This document shows, piece after piece, positions 7,797-8,949 of a stretch of 8,949 nucleotides of DNA. The position numbers were made by a program, and so were the translations under genes. The notes under the pieces were generated by a model, which made no database searches, was not told where the DNA came from, and saw only the letters and a program-made list of their open reading frames with translations. The stretch is taken from IMG/VR virus record IMGVR_UViG_2534681697_000024; one strand, written 5' to 3'. Position 1 is the first letter of the stretch, and each line of letters starts with the position of its first letter. Origin of the DNA: a virus. Its lineage: Duplodnaviria; Heunggongvirae; Uroviricota; Caudoviricetes.

Positions 7797-8099
7797 ATGA
7801 GCAGAAAAACCCAACGTTACTCTAAAGAGTTCAAAGCCGAAGCTGTCAGAACGGTTCTTGAAAATCAACTTTCGATCAGTGAAGGCGCTTCCCGATTATC
7901 CCTTCCTGAAGGCACTTTAGGACAATGGGTTACCGCCGCCAGAAAAGGGCTCGGTACTCCTGGTTCCCGCACGGTGGCTGAACTGGAATCTGAAATTCTG
8001 CAACTGCGTAAGGCGTTAAATGAAGCTCGCCTTGAGCGAGATATATTAAAAAAAGCAACAGCGTATTTTGCACAGGAGTCGCTGAAAAATACGCGTTAA
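7797..8099 (+). CDS. IS3-family transposase OrfA (HTH + leucine-zipper region), 100 aa
   Basis: AGGAG SD at 7784-7788; MSRKTQRYSKEFKAEAV...LGQWV HTH pattern and C-terminal LERDILKKATAYFAQES typical of IS3-family OrfA; I recall it as IS600-like. Confidence 0.85.
   Translation: MSRKTQRYSKEFKAEAVRTVLENQLSISEGASRLSLPEGTLGQWVTAARKGLGTPGSRTVAELESEILQLRKALNEARLERDILKKATAYFAQESLKNTR
8048..8055 (+). promoter_or_regulatory. Programmed -1 ribosomal frameshift site (A AAA AAA G) of the IS3-family element
   Basis: A7G run in the orfA frame; the -1 frame downstream reads SNSVFCTGVAEKYALIEQWRQQFPIEA, matching the start of IS3-family OrfB. Confidence 0.5.
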
Positions 8100-8137
8100 T
8101 CGAACAATGGCGACAACAATTTCCCATTGAAGCGTAA
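8054..8137 (+). pseudogene. Truncated IS3-family orfB (transposase catalytic ORF): only the first ~26 codons remain
   Basis: The -1 frame from the slippery site is open only to TAA at 8135-8137, and that stop is formed by the GTAA at the start of the IS66-type end. Confidence 0.5.
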
Positions 8138-8215
8138 GCGCCCCATCAGCGACGTCTTGTGAAAATTGTCCTGTCTGGCAACAATCGCGCCCATCTATAT
8201 TGATGGACACGAACG

Positions 8216-8890
8216 ATGAATTCCCAGACAACAAAAGATATTCCCTGCTTCCGTTCTTATTTGCCTGATGCCCTGCGTTTAAGATTTGAAGATAAACTGA
8301 CCATCCGGGCCATCGCTCAGCGTCTGGGTCTCAGTCATTTCACAATACATACGCTTTTTCAGCGATTTCTTGCATCCGGTATCGCATGGCCATTGCCCGA
8401 TTCAGTTTCATTCGCTCAACTTGACGCCATCCTTTATGCCAACAGAAAGAAGGAATTAACAGAGCCTCAAATCAGAGAAGGCTCATGGCGAAAAGAACGG
8501 CGAACCAGCTATAGCCGTGAATTTAAGGTCCGTCTGGCTAAGCAGGCGTTACAGCCTGGGGCTGTTGTTGCCCGGATCGCCAGAGAACACGATATCAATG
8601 ATAACCTGCTGTTTAAATGGAAAAGCCAGTACGAGGACGGCTTACTGAGCGATGATGACATACAGGAATGCATGCCTGTCCCGGTGGCACTGACTGATAC
8701 GCCGGAGTCGACCAGACCAGTTACAAATCCCTTCTGGCGTAACAAGCATGATGAGCGCCCTGAGGGGGCTCCCGGAAACGTCCCACGGTGCGAGCTGCAT
8801 CTTAAATCAGGTGTGGTAAAACTGTTTGACCCTCTCACTCCGGAACTGTTACGGGCGCTAATCCGCGAAATGAAAGGGGGTATCCGATGA
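8216..8890 (+). CDS. tnpA: IS66-family accessory protein OrfA (TnpA), 224 aa, with an N-terminal extension
   Basis: RRTSYSREFKVRLAKQALQPGAVVARIAREHDINDNLLFKWKSQY HTH region and C-terminal LHLKSGVVKLFDPLTPELLRALIREM match IS66 OrfA; stop overlaps the next start (ATGA). Confidence 0.8.
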   Translation: MNSQTTKDIPCFRSYLPDALRLRFEDKLTIRAIAQRLGLSHFTIHTLFQRFLASGIAWPLPDSVSFAQLDAILYANRKKELTEPQIREGSWRKERRTSYSREFKVRLAKQALQPGAVVARIAREHDINDNLLFKWKSQYEDGLLSDDDIQECMPVPVALTDTPESTRPVTNPFWRNKHDERPEGAPGNVPRCELHLKSGVVKLFDPLTPELLRALIREMKGGIR

Positions 8891-8949
8891 TAACGCTGCC
8901 GACCGGTACCAAAATCTGGATCATCGCTGGCATCACAGATATGCGTTGT
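8887..8949 (+). CDS. tnpB: IS66-family OrfB (TnpB), N-terminal 21 codons only (runs off window)
   Basis: MITLPTGTKIWIIAGITDMR matches the conserved N-terminus of IS66 Orf2 proteins; ATGA overlap with orfA. Confidence 0.75.
   Translation, partial: MITLPTGTKIWIIAGITDMRC

Larger units (their letters stand above)
7733..8133 (+). mobile_element. Left part of an IS3-family element (IS600-like), interrupted in orfB by an IS66-family insertion
   Basis: Terminal sequence TGAGGTAGCCTGAGTTTAACGG starts at 7733 (IS3-family ends start with TGA); intact orfA; frameshift heptamer; orfB N-terminus cut after ~26 codons. Confidence 0.7.
8134..8949 (+). mobile_element. IS66-family insertion sequence, left end and first genes (partial; continues beyond window)
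   Basis: Terminal sequence GTAAGCGCCCCATCAGCG at 8134 (IS66-family IRs start GTAAGCG, from memory); followed by an IS66-type orfA and an overlapping orfB start. Confidence 0.65.

Noticed and set aside
7930-8234. Minus-strand ORFs 7930..8127 and 8046..8234 across the IS3/IS66 junction
   Set aside because: Antisense to IS3 orfA and spanning an IS end; no motif or SD support

Overview
Enterobacterial (E. coli/Shigella-like) accessory region, dense with mobile DNA. All calls rest on motif recognition by eye and on memory of protein families; no searches were run. Left edge: complete yfhL ferredoxin gene (minus strand). Divergent from it is a P4-type tyrosine integrase (476-1873). Converging on the integrase is a minus-strand cassette: a Bro-N/AP2-like DNA-binding protein (4511->3735), a hairpin terminator, a 533-aa chimeric protein (3668->2067) and a translationally coupled AlpA/Xis-like protein (2070->1870). 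The 533-aa protein is the most interesting object: T7/PolA-type 3'-5' exonuclease motifs, a PolA-like TGR...QNLP segment and an SNF2-like helicase C-terminal domain, with no Walker A and no polymerase motifs B/C. I propose this integrase-linked cassette as the candidate undescribed system (defense or satellite replication/interference); function is hypothesis only. The rest is an IS91-family element (about 4600-6450), a 5'-truncated antirepressor remnant, a DUF551 gene, and an IS3-family (IS600-like) element whose orfB is cut by an IS66-family element running off the window. No tRNA, rRNA or CRISPR array was seen.
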